DNA of 45,887 bases from Rozella allomycis CSF55 (lineage: Eukaryota), in assembly GCA_000442015.1 (NCBI GenBank), contig KE560841.1, forward strand, positions 1-45,887, in the 5' to 3' direction. Shown in pieces: positions 11,601-25,156 of the stretch. The position numbers and the translations under genes were made by a program. The notes under the pieces were generated by a model. It was not told where the DNA came from. It saw only the letters and a list, made by a program, of their open reading frames with translations, and made no database searches. The stretch's first letter is position 1. Every line of letters begins with the position of its first letter.

Positions 11601-14600
11601 ACCATTTTCTATCATTAATACTAAATCCTTTTGAAATAGATTTCAATGATAGATTTTGATTCTCAAACGATAAATTAGCCACTTCTAAAAATAGCTTTGA
11701 TGATTCTTGTAATTCTTTATTTCTAACAACACCATACGATTGTCCATTCTGGATACTCTTCTGTACAATAAACATTTCAGCTGGAGCACTTCCAAAATCA
11801 TGAAATGGTGGATAAAACGTTAATTCTCTGTACATTCTACCATTGAGCCTTATAGAAAGAGTCTTTAACAATTTTGGATCAAAAACATTTTCAGTGTCTG
11901 TCAAGATGGGGACATAGTGGAAATTTAATAAACTAGATTTTATGCTTTGAAAAGAACTATTCAATCCAACCTTGAATTGATAACAATAAAATGGTCTTAG
12001 AATGGGCAGTTCAGCACTTCCAAGCATGTTTAATGGAACATTATCTTTTCCTTTAAGAATCAAAGTATTTTTCATAGTTTTATTACTTGCTGAACCTTTA
12101 TTTTTCAAGGTTAAAGTAATTTACTTAATTGTTTTCTATCAAAACGAGTTGTAGGTATTTTAACGTTAATTAATCTAGCAGAGAGCCCCAATCGTTTTAA
12201 TATTTGAAGTTTAGATTTAATTATTTTCCATCCATCTTTCTTTATTGTTGGGATTTGAATGTTATTTTTTTCTAAGTCAGCCGCTGAAAAGGAACACAGT
12301 TGTACAAACATGACCAATTTTTTATAGGAGAATATTTAATTACTTGAATGGTAGATGGTACATTTGAAGACAACGCTTTGATTTGTAATGGCAGAGTTCC
12401 TCTATTGCTTACAAACATATCAACCCATGCGATACACCCATCTCTATATCTTCCAAAATCTATTTCTTTTCTTGTTTCACCGTTTGGTTTATCAAAGGCC
12501 AATTCAACTGTTCCACCAACACCGCGTAAATCTATTAAATGGACTGAATTTTCATAAAATATCTGGCATTTTTGATTAAATGTCTTGCTTTCCAAAGGAT
12601 TGAATGATAATTTAATTTGACTGGAATTATCTTTTAATCTAGATCTAATCTATTCTAGTACCTGGCTTAATTTCAAGAAATTTATTGTCGATATCAAATG
12701 GAGGTTTAGACAATAATGTTAATTCTGTTGATTGTATCCCCTTGTTTGACAAAGTAAAAACATTGTTGATTGGATTATTAATCAGAGTGTTTCCTATATT
12801 GCAAATATTAATGAAATACCAAAATCAATATAATCAGGTGCGCCTAGAATGTTACAAGGGAAGAATCTAATCTGAATAAACTAAAAAGAAATTACTGTCC
12901 ACGCATCACAATAGATGCAACTCTAACAGCTTTACTATTTCTATCCAATGTTTCTTTAATATAAATTTCAGCAAAGCTTTCATAATAACCATTTGATTTA
13001 ACATTAAAGTTGATCTGTAAAGGAAATGTCTCCAATGGGTTAACATCGCCTGAATACAATTGTGGCTCAAATGGCAGCAGATGGCTTTTAGAAAACTTTA
13101 TGGACCAGCTGTAAGAAACATTTCCAATGTTAATCAACAACAAAGTTTGAACTGAAGTTTTCAACATTGAATTTGTATTTTCAATAAAACCAAAATCTAA
13201 AACAATTTCTTCATCTATATTCTTAGAAGCAGGTAACACTAAGAAATCAGGCCTATTTTTACCGATTAATTGACAGAAACCAACACTTGAATCCTTTTCA
13301 GATAAAGTCGCAGCAAACCCATAACATGTTGCCATATCAGGTCCATTGGGTGGAGTGTAGATTATTTCAATGTTTCCAGAATCATTAGATATCAATGAAC
13401 GAGACGGTGGATCAACAGTAAACCCAGTTGAGCTTATAAATGAAATATTGTGATTTTCTTTGCTTTTATTTTGAACTATTGAATTAACAACAACAGGCTT
13501 CCTATCACTTTTTGGTTTGAAAATAACAGATTCAAACTTGAAATTAATTAATGAAGTATAATTTTGAATAGGCAAAACATCTAAATTGTCTAAATGAAAC
13601 AATCTTGTCATGGACTCTTCATTTGCAGGATATTCGTCTATAATACGTCTTGGATGGGCAATCCATGTTTTCAAAAAGTCAAAATTATTGAAATTAAATG
13701 ATTCGGCCAAAGTTGAAAAGGGTTGAACACAAATTCCAACTAGATAGATGGAATGATTAAATGGGCCAGGTTCAATACTAATTGTTTTGTTTTCATTAAT
13801 TTTAAGAGACAAATCAATCTTTTTTAATAAAGGACCTCTTCTTAACCCTTTGAATTTAAAAGACAGTGCAAGGGAAGATCGACCTCTTATTAACGTTTCT
13901 TCGTTTAAATTGACACTAAAGAAAGAAGATTCATTTTGATCAACTTGCAATCCATTTATTTTAAATTTTAAATCATACGTTGACTGATTAATTATAACAG
14001 TGTTGATTGTTTCACTCATTGAATGGAATACAGGTTTGAAGAATACAAAATCATACAATGGAATAAACAGTGGCTGACCAACAAATGCGTGAATAAAAAT
14101 AGGAATATTCTGAAACCCTGGGCAAACTAATTCTATAAATGAATTAAATTGATTTTCATTTTGTATTTTCAATTGAATTTCAACTGTATACGCAGTCTGT
14201 GGGGCTATGCGAATTCTATTATCTATTGTAATGCATTCATCTCTTGTAAACAACGCTATTGTTAAAGGATTATTACTTAGATTCATTATGGTTAACAATT
14301 TCTTATAACTTTGATCTTTTTCGATAATACCAAAATCTATTTTATAGGCATCTTCAATATTTGCATAATGGGAAGATGCATAATAGATACTTTTTAAAAG
14401 ATTTGTATTAGTTTCAGATATTTTTGTCTTTTTTTGATCCCCTTGAATCTTTTTATAGAATTTCTTTAGAAACATTGTTCGCTCTCTAGAAACTCCACTT
14501 GATCCAATATCCAAAACTTCATCATCTTCAACATACAGAGCCAAAGGTACTCCACAGAATCCATTTAATTCAACTGAAATTATTTCTCCGCCCGGGGCTT

Positions 14601-17600
14601 CAATTTGTAATTCTTCTTGAAAAGATCCTTGGTGTGTTGGCATAAATGTTATGGGAAAAGATCTCGTTTCATACCTTTCCAGCCCTATTTTATTCATTGG
14701 AATTGAAAACGTTGGTTCCTTGCTATTCTCCATCAAATCATCTTTATTCTTGTTAACCAACTTGCAATCTAAATAGATCAATTGAGGTGAAACATTTTGA
14801 ATTGAAATTTGCATTTCTCTTTGTTTTCCAAGAATAATCCATCCATAATCCAAGTTTTTGGTATTTATCTTTACAAAACTTGAATTATACGCAATCAAAG
14901 TAGACTGTGCCAACTTTTTCCCATTATCATCCATCACACTCAATGTTCCTTCAGCTTTGTCCATCTTCATGGCCATTGGATAATAAGTGACGTCAATCTC
15001 AACACTTCCATCGCCTACTAAATGCAAATGAAATGATTTAACTCCAAACACTTCCGCTGGCTTTGCTGAAATAAAATATTCCTTTTCTTTAAAATCACTT
15101 CTCATTGATTTATACTTTAATTGCAAGCTTCTAGTCACAGGATTTCTAACTGATTGAAATTCAATTCTTGTAGGCTCAAAACTCATTTTCATTGTATTAT
15201 TCTTAAATGAATCAAATGCGCTACTTTCCTCAAATAACTCGAGTAAATCATTCATATTCTGAGGTGGTAAATTATCTGCAGCGTTGGAATTAAGAACATT
15301 AGAAAACGTTGTCGCGCTAGAAAATAATGACTCTGCTGTAATTGATGCTCTCATGCTATGTCTTTTTTGCAACCTGGCATCTTTAACTTCTAATGCTTTT
15401 TGGACCTCAGGTTTATTCCTTTTTAAACTAGCCATCATTTCTTCAAACATCTTTGTCTTTATATCACTTTTAACTGATTCTTCATCATCACTCATGAAAT
15501 CATAATTCTTCATTTTATCCATGGCGTATCTTTGTGACAACTGTATGATACCTATATCTTCCACTTTTACCATTTACCCTTTTGTTTTAGCAAACTTGAT
15601 ATATCATAGAATGGTATTCCATCAGGCGTATAACCTACAGGACTAGGAATAAAAGCTCCACCAGGAATAAATATTGGTTGCCCTTCATAATCATAGCCAA
15701 CAAAAAGGTTTGAGGGCTTCACTGGCTCCTTTTTATTATAAAATCTTTTTCCAGATAAACTCATCGCTGCTGGTATGGGCTTAACCGTTGCCGTCTTTGA
15801 AAAGTATGGGATTCCTTCATCCGTATAACCACAGGGCACTGGTGGCATATTTCTATTAAATAATGTTTATAAACTCTTACACAGGAGGTGCAAAATACGG
15901 CTCTCCCTTAAATGTAATTCCCGCGGGACACGGTTCCACAATTTTGTATTCAGAATTTCTCTTTGCCAAAATTGCCATATCTTTCACAGTCGCTTTCGTA
16001 ATATTACCTTCATTATAATTATCATTGATTATCTCCAAATTAACTGTAATCCAAACATCATCCTTCCCTCTTGGTCTCACATATACGCTGAATGTAGAGC
16101 CAACTATAAATTGCCGTCTATTTCAACTTGAAAAAAATTATACTTGCTATCTCTATCTGCCTCTACTGAAATTGATGAAACATCCTTGTTTAGCCCAACA
16201 ACTTTGCTCAAAAACCTAACTGGCTTCTTTCCTGGTTGAATAATCTCAAAAACAACAGGTGCATTCATAACAAAATCTGAATTTGGCTTCTCATTTTTTA
16301 ACAATCTCTAATTAACTACAAAATGCCTTTACGGATCAACAGTCGGCCACAAGATTGGATGTCGCTCAAATGTATATCCTTCAGGCGCAATAGAAACAAT
16401 TTGTCTTTTTGTTTCTAATCTTAATGGCGTTGATTCGTAATCTTCAGGCTTGAATTTCCCGGGTGTAAATGGGATAGATGTATTTGGAGATATTTTCAGA
16501 AATCCCCTGGGTATCCCAGTCCTCACATCTGCATCCTCTAATGGGGGTTGTTTAACATAATCACTTGGCATCTGTTTTGAATTTATTAGTTTAGAAGGTG
16601 AATATGTATATCCGACTGGTAGCCCCGGCACATTACCGCTTCGCTCACTTGCTTCATATGCTGACACAGGAGGCTCAATTCTAACTTCACTGTCTGTGTG
16701 GATAAAAGTTGGTGGAACAGTAGTCGCATTTGATGGAACCCCCGGAATGGGCGGTAAAGGCCGAGATATAGACACAAAAGACTCTGCATGAATCGGCAAT
16801 TTAACAACAATGTCAGCAGTATATATCAAAGAAGAATTCATATCAACAAACAGTCCAGGTGTTCCATCAACACATTCCAGCTGTGTCGACGTCCCTGGAT
16901 TCATCAGCAATTGTCTAAACAGCAATGTCTTCTTGTTAATCTTTGCTTCTTCTTCGTCTCTAACCTTTTTTATTCATTAAATTCAATATTTACATTCAAC
17001 AACGATTTTAAATCCTTTTCGTAAATGCTTTCCTTCATTTCAGGAACTAAAACACATGCTTCCTTTAAACCAGATATTAACGTCTTTATGGCATTCACAG
17101 AAGAGTACTCATTTTCAACAGGCAACCACACACTATCACTTCCAATTCTTCTTTTTACCTTGCGAATTGGATAGCGTCAGCTTGCATGTGCTCCAAATTC
17201 ATCTTTATCAAATTATTCATTTGCTTAAGAAACAACGCACCCACCACCATTTTGTTTTTAGAATTCGTACTTAAATCACCATTTAGCAATTTCAAGACGG
17301 TTTTAATCAGAAATACGTCAGAGTTAGATACTTCAAATTCTCTAAAACAAATATAGAGCATCATTTCATCCATGTATTTTGCTATTTCAGAACTGTGCAT
17401 AAATGACATTCTGGTATATTTCCCCAACGCATGATACAAGTATATTTTGGTTTCCCTCGTGTGCTCAACCAATTGACCGTATCTTTGATGGTATTTAACA
17501 ATACAATACCTTTCACAGTTTTGCAATTGTAATAGTCTAGCAGCAAGCTGCTTGAAGCCATACAATGAAAGCTGCTCGTGACCAGTTTCTCCACCTAAAT

Positions 17601-18156
17601 ATACTCCCAATTTGCCCAAAAGGTATATGGACTTCAGTCTACTCTCTTTGCGTTCATCACTGTTCATTATTCCAACTAGGGCATCCACTAATTTCTACTA
17701 TTTTACAACAGATTTTGTTACATGCTTAACTTCTTCCTCGGGAAGAGTCTTACATATTTCAGGCACGGCTGCCAAAAGAACTCTTAATGTGAGAAACCTA
17801 ATCAAAGGCTCACAATGTTTCAATCCCATGGTAAGTATCATCCATGCTCTTTTGTACATTAGTTGCTGCGTAAAGGTGTCAGCGTATCCTATAAAAATTT
17901 TCCAATCGTTTTACCAGAGTCATGAGATATTAACCCTTTGCTAATCATATTAAGAGCCTTTGTCAAATTCAAATTCAATACCTCAAGGTTCTCAGTGCCT
18001 TTTAATTGGTCCATAACACGGTTGACAATTTGATCAAACTCATGAATATTGGCCGACTTTGACACATAGCCACTAAAATATCCTTTTTTCTTAATCATGT
18101 TTAGCGTAGTATGATACCAATAAGTTGCGCAAAATATCCCAATAGTTCTTTGTCAT
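5619..18156 (-). CDS. Giant (~3800 aa) multi-exon protein with many tandem ASH/Hydin/PapD-like Ig domains, probably ciliary; about 33 mini-introns
   Basis: Repeated (I/L)DFG...(L/I)xNxG...F.P signature across ORFs 5809-15573. All minus-strand ORFs join in frame through 26-31-nt GTA introns from ATG 18156 to TAA 5619, except one TGA at 9395-9397. Confidence 0.75.
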
Positions 18157-18477
18157 TAATAATTTAATTGAACCAGGGTTTGAACAATATGGACACTTTA
18201 ATGAATGAACTAAATGCTTGGCTTTATTTGGCTTTATTTATAAATGCTACTTTTGGCGGTTTCATTTAGCGCTTCAGCTGAAATACTCTTTGTGGCAGTA
18301 CTTGTTTAATGTATGATATGTCAACCCCTTTTTATGTTTTGTATATTTATAGTTTGTTTATCCTCAACAAAGATATCAATTACAGTACGACTTTTGATTT
18401 GGATAATCCATTGATGAGTGCAATGTAGCATGAAAATAGAAAATGTCTTTGACCTCGCCACTTTTCCAGAAAACTCC

Positions 18478-19569
18478 ATGAATTCAAATACTTCAACTAA
18501 CTGGAAAAATGTTAACAATTGGCATTGGCTGGAAAAAAATTGTTTCCCGTGGGCAAAGGAATACTTTCAAAATGCATTCCAAACCAAACTAGATGTAAAT
18601 GGCACTCAAGTCTCGTTATCATTGAAAGAAGTATCGGGAGATGTTGATGTTAACCAAAGAAAAGGGAAGATTATCACTCTCTATGATTTAAAGTTTGTTT
18701 TGAACTGCGAAATTAGCGATGTGAAAACTCAAATAGAAGTACCTGAATTTAACTCGATTGATGAAACTTACGAAAACTGCCAAGTAATTTAACCAAAAAC
18801 CTTTAATAGATTGTTATAGAAACAAGCGTTAAATCTGAACATTCAAAAGTAATTGAAGATGCTATCAGAAAAATATTGTTGAAATTTACTCAAGAATTAA
18901 TTACCAGTAATTCACAAAGTCAATTAACACAGCGCATGTTAATGATCTCGTGATTCCAAGTGGTCGTATGGTTCTCCCAGATGTTAAAGCCGCTGAAAAC
19001 CAAAAATTCATTGATAAAAAGACAATGATATCTGAAGAAGATGATAAATGCAACGTTGCTGTTTCAAATATCGACCTAGNGTTCTCCCAGATGTTAAAGC
19101 CGCGGAAAACCAAAAATTGATTGAGAAAAAGACAATGAAATCTGAAGAAAATGATAAAAGCAACGTTGCTGTTTCAAATATCGACCTAGAGACTGAATTT
19201 CAGTGCCCAGCCGCCGATTTGTTTGACTGTTTTACGAACGCTCAAAGAATAGCTGCCTGGACACGTTCGCCTGCAGAATTTACTCTTAAAAACGAATCTG
19301 CATTTAAGCTGTTTAATGGGAATATAATGGGAAAATTGTTGTCCTTTGAGCACAATAAGTCAATAACTTTGCAATGGAGGTTGAAAACTTGGCCTGTCAA
19401 TCATTTTTCTGTGGCTACTCTCAATATTTTGCCAGGAAGTGACTCTACGGTACTCAAGCTTCATCAGAAGAACGTCCCTAGAAGCGAACTTGAAACCACA
19501 AAGAAAAATTGGCAAAGTTATTACTTTGACAGCATAAAGAGGACTTTTGGATATGGGGCGTTTGTATGA
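18478..19569 (+). CDS. AHA1: Hsp90 ATPase activator Aha1 (Aha1_N + AHSA1/START-like domain); two 26-nt introns; duplicated segment at N19080
   Basis: NVNNWHWLEKNC, GDVDVNQRKGK, LFNGNIMG, QWRLKTWP, NWQSYYFDSIKRTFGYG. Confidence 0.95.
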
Positions 19570-19658
19570 GCGTTTAATAAATAATTTTAAAGATTTAAAA
19601 TCAAAATCGTTTATTTTTTGAGTGCTGTTTTATTGTATCGCTTCATATTTTGTTACAT

Positions 19659-20656
19659 TTACTTTTTCATATATTGTTTGATTTGTAAATATTTCGCATA
19701 CAGTTCCTTTGTCTCTTTAAGTTCCGCTTTTGTTAGGTCTGATTTTTTCTCATGGTGGGATTTCTTTATGTTGTTTAGATAAATATTTATCTTCTTTTTG
19801 ATAATTTTTAATTCTTTTATGGGCACGTCGTTCTTGTCTATCAAATTGTCAACATAGTTAATAAATGCTTCAATATTTTGGCCATAAAGCTTTCCGGCTT
19901 CAAGACCAGGTCGACAAGTAAAGTTTGCGCATTGATTTTGAAAATTTACAGAATCCAATATATCAACTCGAGGTCGACCTTTTTGATTCTCGTTTCTTTT
20001 GTATGTCGACACGGACAGTGGGCATTTAAAAATAGAATATTCTATTAAATTGTTCAAATTGAAGGAATGCTATAGTCAGCATACAAATGACTTTACATTG
20101 TCGAATTCGCCAAATATTTCATTTGTATTTGAAATTATGTTGATGAAGATATCTGAGGATTTACTATCATGAATTATTTTAGGCGCCCATATTTTTGATA
20201 ATTTGACTATGTTTGTTTCATTGATGGCTTCAAAAACTTGAACATTTGAAAACAAATGGGACAACATCCTCAATGGAATGTAGTATAGATCGTCCAAGTC
20301 ATCAATTATATTTTTCATTTCGTTTATATTTGCTTGTGATATCATTGAATTGGCCTTACATTTTTTGTTGAAAAGGTTGAATATTGTATCTTTGGAAAAT
20401 GCCGAATGAAAATGTTCTTGAACGAGGGAAAACAATTTTGCAACAACAATAGGATACTTTGTTAAGTCTCCATCATATTTTTTTGAGTTTTGATTGATGT
20501 TTGTAAAAAGATTTGGAATTTGCCAAACTTTTATAGAGTTGGGTAAATTTTACTGTCTGTGGTGTACAACGTTTGGACCAAGGATTGTATTTGATCAAGA
20601 CGAGATTCTTGAGTTTTATGTAGATGGTATTCATTGATTGAATTTGAATGAAGCAT
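19659..20656 (-). CDS. Divergent RhoGAP-like domain plus FAM13-type C-terminal coiled region; two mini-introns
   Basis: LRMLSHLFSNV...N..KLSKIWAPKII resembles the RhoGAP C-terminus; ELKIIKKKI...KELYAKYLQIK resembles the FAM13 tail. Spliced model starts MLHSNSINE. Confidence 0.5.
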
Positions 20657-20745
20657 TTTTTTCTTCTTGGCAACCGAGCGCGGGAGTCAACAAAGTCACT
20701 GTGACGAAAAATAGTGTAGAATTTTAAACTATACAATGTGATAAT

Positions 20746-23700
20746 TTATTTAAATGAATCGATTTCTATGATTGCCAGTAACTTGATGACGCAAGGTAAA
20801 TCTAATTGAACTGGCAATTCTTTTGATGGTGGTACAGGAGTGAATCTATATTCTAAAGTTGATGGATAATCTAAAGTTATCTTTTTCGGGTATTCCATGT
20901 TTTTATAATGTAATTGAATTGCAGCGTCAATGTATTCCAGTGGAACTTTAGAAACAAATATTGTACATAGTTTTCTGAGTTGGATTGGAGACAAAAGGCT
21001 GTAAATATTAGTATCGTGGAATGTATCTTTTCTTGAAGGGTCTTGCAATAAAAATCTAGAATATAGTGTTGTTTTCATTGTACTTTATCATTTCACTGAA
21101 TGTATTTAAACAATCGTGAGTAGATTCAAGCTTATGGTCAACTTTTGTAGAGTGATATATTTTGTTACTTTGCCAATTCCTTAATAAGTTTAAATTGTAT
21201 TGTATTTGAAAGCATCTTGATTGATCAATTAGTTTAGAAATTTACCTGGAATTAATAAACTTTGATATAATTTACCTATGTTTCAGAGAACATTTCGGCT
21301 TACCTAGTTTAAATATGATAACTTGCATACCTATTTATTGTTGCAAAACCATTTCTCATTAAGAATTGATTCACAAGTGCTACTTGTATATTTGAAAAAA
21401 TGTTTATGAATAAACACTCTATTAAATGTAAACTTGAATGATTTTCTTTTAATTCTTTGTAAACTTTGTCCATGATGTCGATTAGGTCACTTAAAGTTGG
21501 AGGTTTGTGCAAGTAGCTCTTTTTGTAATCTTTTTCTTTTAAATTTATGAGATTTTGATCATCTAAAATAGAAAACTGTGAAACTTCAATTCTCTTTTTG
21601 AAATCTTTGACCAATTCTTGAACAAGAGTGTTGCATAAATCCCCTAGTCGAACTGTCAAGGAATTCCAGGCAGAGTGTAAAATAGATTCATCGTTTATTA
21701 AACTGGAAGATTTTATTGAATTCAAGTTAAATTGGAAAGAAGTTAGATGATTTCCAAGGTTTGAATAGTGAATCAGTTGGGAAAGAAGAGACAATTTTTG
21801 AATTGATTTTAAGTGATCAGAAAATTTATTACTCAAGAGAGACAGCATACCGAATGCCCAGCAAGAAAAGAAAAAGAATGAAGAAACTTGAGACAGTAGA
21901 GGCTCTGAAAGGTTATCTAAACTAATTTCTTGGAATAAATTTGGATCTGAGATGAATTCTTTGATGTGATTTCTAAGAGAATATTGAGCCAAAATGTCTG
22001 TAGAGTTGTTTATACTATCGATTTCAGAAAGTGAGTTGGATAAAGATTTATTTTCTTGTTTTATTTCTTTATTTTCTGAGATTAATTTAAAATTTTCATT
22101 TCTTAAATAATCGTTTGTTTCTTGAATCTTGTTCATTTCTAATGTTTTTTGATTTAATAGATCTGTTAATTGTGACACTTTGGCGTTAAGTTCGTGTACT
22201 TTATTTGTTAGCTCAATAACTTTATTTTCTAAATGATAATTTCTTTCATTTATTCTATTCATGCTTTTAGCTTCTTCTCTTAATTTTATTAATTCTCTTT
22301 TAGCGTTTCTGCACTTTACCAATCGTTGGATTTTCTTTATAGACTCAATGTCTTCAATTCTTTGTTGTTGAAATATTATCCCTCTAATTTTACATTGTAT
22401 TTTTACAACAACAATTTCAAGTTTACGTTTCTTAAATTGAGAATCAACATTGTACTTTCTAATAATATTCTGCAGTTGTAAAATCAGTTTCAATTTCTTT
22501 AATCTATTATTTAATTGGATTCTCTTTCTGATTTCAACTTGTATTTTTATTGTTATCTTTTTCTTTTTAGCGTCAACAAATCTATTTCTGAAAATTCTAG
22601 ATTTGATTAAACCCTGGATCACAAACAAATTTTTCATGAAAAGATTAAACTTGGTTCTTATCAAACAACCTTTAAACCATTTCTGAATCAACAATGCTGC
22701 ACTCTCCATTTTATCATCTCTCGCTTTCTCAATGAACGCCATCTAATAAAGAATGTTTGAAATAGAATTACTTGGCCTACCCTGAAGAATATTCTTGTTT
22801 TCCCAATTTGATAATCCAGTGGCCCTATTGATGACGTTACAGATTTTAAAATTGATTCGGCTATTACTCTTGAATCGTCAGACTTCACACAGGAAAGCAT
22901 TGAAAACCTTTAATAATTAACATTTCAAAATTACCTATCATTGAATTCTTCAAGATTAAATTTTATTGGATACCCGGCGCAACTTATTCTTATTGTCTCC
23001 AGAATCCCACAAGCCCTCAATTGCTGAATCACATACAAATTATCGAAATAAAAAGGCTTCTTTTCTTCATTTGGCTTAATACATCGAATATAATGCGTTT
23101 CTGTTGAATTTATTGTTTCCATTAAAGAATGTAATGATGTCTTTATCAAAAGGAACTATTTGAGTACTTTAAATTGCAAACTCAACGATCTCTTGGACCC
23201 TTTTTCACATTCGCGTTTTGGTAAAAGCCATTTCAATTTATCAGGCTCTAGCAATAACGATCTCACTTGTTCTGAAATGTTATCCTTATTCTTTTCAATA
23301 AACCCTTGACCATGATATGTCACAGAATACGCGAAATGATGAATAAGAAAATTACATCCGCCAAATCTTGGTTTACTAAAACATTTATTTTTGTTGTCTG
23401 CAAATGATTGGTAGAGTTTATTAACAAAAGACTTGTTCAAACTATTGTCAATAGTTACTTGGTCTGATCCTCTAGGCAAGTAAGATTCTTCATCCAGCAG
23501 ACTTAAAATCCCGCTTCTGTTTTCAATCATTTCAATACAATCAGAATTATCATTAAATTCTATAAATGACCAATTAATGCCTTCCTCTACATACAACTAG
23601 GTATTAAATGTAACAGAGCATTACCTTTTGTTCTAAATCAAAAACATGCCGATTAAATTCTTGTTGCAGCTTTTCATTAGCATAGTTTATACAGAATTGC

Positions 23701-25156
23701 TCAAACGAGTTATTCTCAAAATATTCAAATCCATAAATGTCTAAAACTGCAATGAATCTCGTGGCATCTTTTTTAGTTACAAGGCTTATATTGATTTGAT
23801 TTACTAGCCCTACATAGAAATTCAAAATATTCCATACATTCAAACAGGCTCGAATACAAAAATTTAGAAATCCCATCCCTTACTTGGACCACTTGATGGT
23901 CTTCAAGTTGACTCTCAATACTTTCATTTCTCATCTTTATTAGCCGATGTGTCATCCACTTTTTAAGTTCAATCATGTCAACTCCTATCAATCTATGAAT
24001 AATATTCAAATTTCTGGTAATTGGCTTCTCTTTGTCCAATTCATCCACTTCAACATTTCCAAGATAAAGTATGGCAGCTAAAACCTGGAAAATCCATTGT
24101 TGCTTCTCCTTGTCAATTTTCATCAGAGTTAACGCACTGTATAACTTTATATATTTTCAATACTTTATTGTATCCTCGAAATCTTTCTTATCATCAACAT
24201 CTTTAATTCTTGTTGTCCCCGATAAATATTGAAAATCACTAGCATCACCAATCCCATATTCGGCTTTATACCCATCTTCTAGTCCTGCACAAAGTTGATA
24301 AAATATGTGATAATTCCGCTCATTTTTGGCTTGTCTAATAACTCTTGATCGCTCTAGCAAATAAGTTCGGATTCTCGCCCCATTTAGACTATTAAACTAC
24401 TCATACCTACAATAGAATTTCGCTCATCAAAAAGAATCTCTACAAACTTTCCAAATCTACTACTATTGTCATTCCTAGTGGTTTTCGCATTTCCAAACGC
24501 CTCCATTATTGGATTTGTTGAAAGAACTTGTTCCTCAATTCCAGAGTTTTTCTGGCAATCAGCGCTTGCAAAATATCGCATCATGAATTTTGCACTAACC
24601 TGTATATACATTCTCAAAAACTATCTCTACCGTTTTGCCACTTCCAGATTCTCCAGATATAACCACACTTTGGTTTTTATTATACCTCCTCAATTTACTA
24701 AACGCATCCTCTGCAATCGCATACAAATGCGGCTCAAGTTCTCCTTTTGATCTGCCATTATAGACTTGAACAACCTCTTCTCCGTAACAATCTAATCTGC
24801 TAAATGGATTCAAAGCTATCAAAACTATTCCTGAATACGTGTAAATCATTCCTTGATCATATCGATACTTTAACACTTCAAGAACTATTATACTGCATAA
24901 CCATTCTTACCGCCAGGTTCATGAAGAAAATTCATCACTGTTAAATCATCGAATTCAGATGTCGCGTTTTTTAAATGTGGAAGCTCTTTCAACACTGTAA
25001 TTTCCCCAGCTTCATCCTCAACTTTAACTATTTCATGCTCAATTGACTTTATGGTAGCCACTTTCCAACCCTGCTTCTCACAAGCTATATGTACTTGACT
25101 TCCCTATCAAATAATGAAGCAAGAATTACATTTTTATAGAGATCTCGTTTGCTCAT
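20746..25156 (-). CDS. MYO5: Class V myosin (motor, IQ repeats, coiled coil, DIL domain)
   Basis: [59 protein letters not shown] motifs; after splicing [12 protein letters not shown] (DIL). Starts [13 protein letters not shown]. Confidence 0.95.
21216..21330 (-). other. Compound intron of four abutting GT..AG mini-introns (27+28+30+30 nt)
   Basis: Three internal AG|GTAA junctions at 21304/21303, 21276/21275 and 21246/21245; removing all 115 nt restores the DIL reading frame. Confidence 0.85.
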
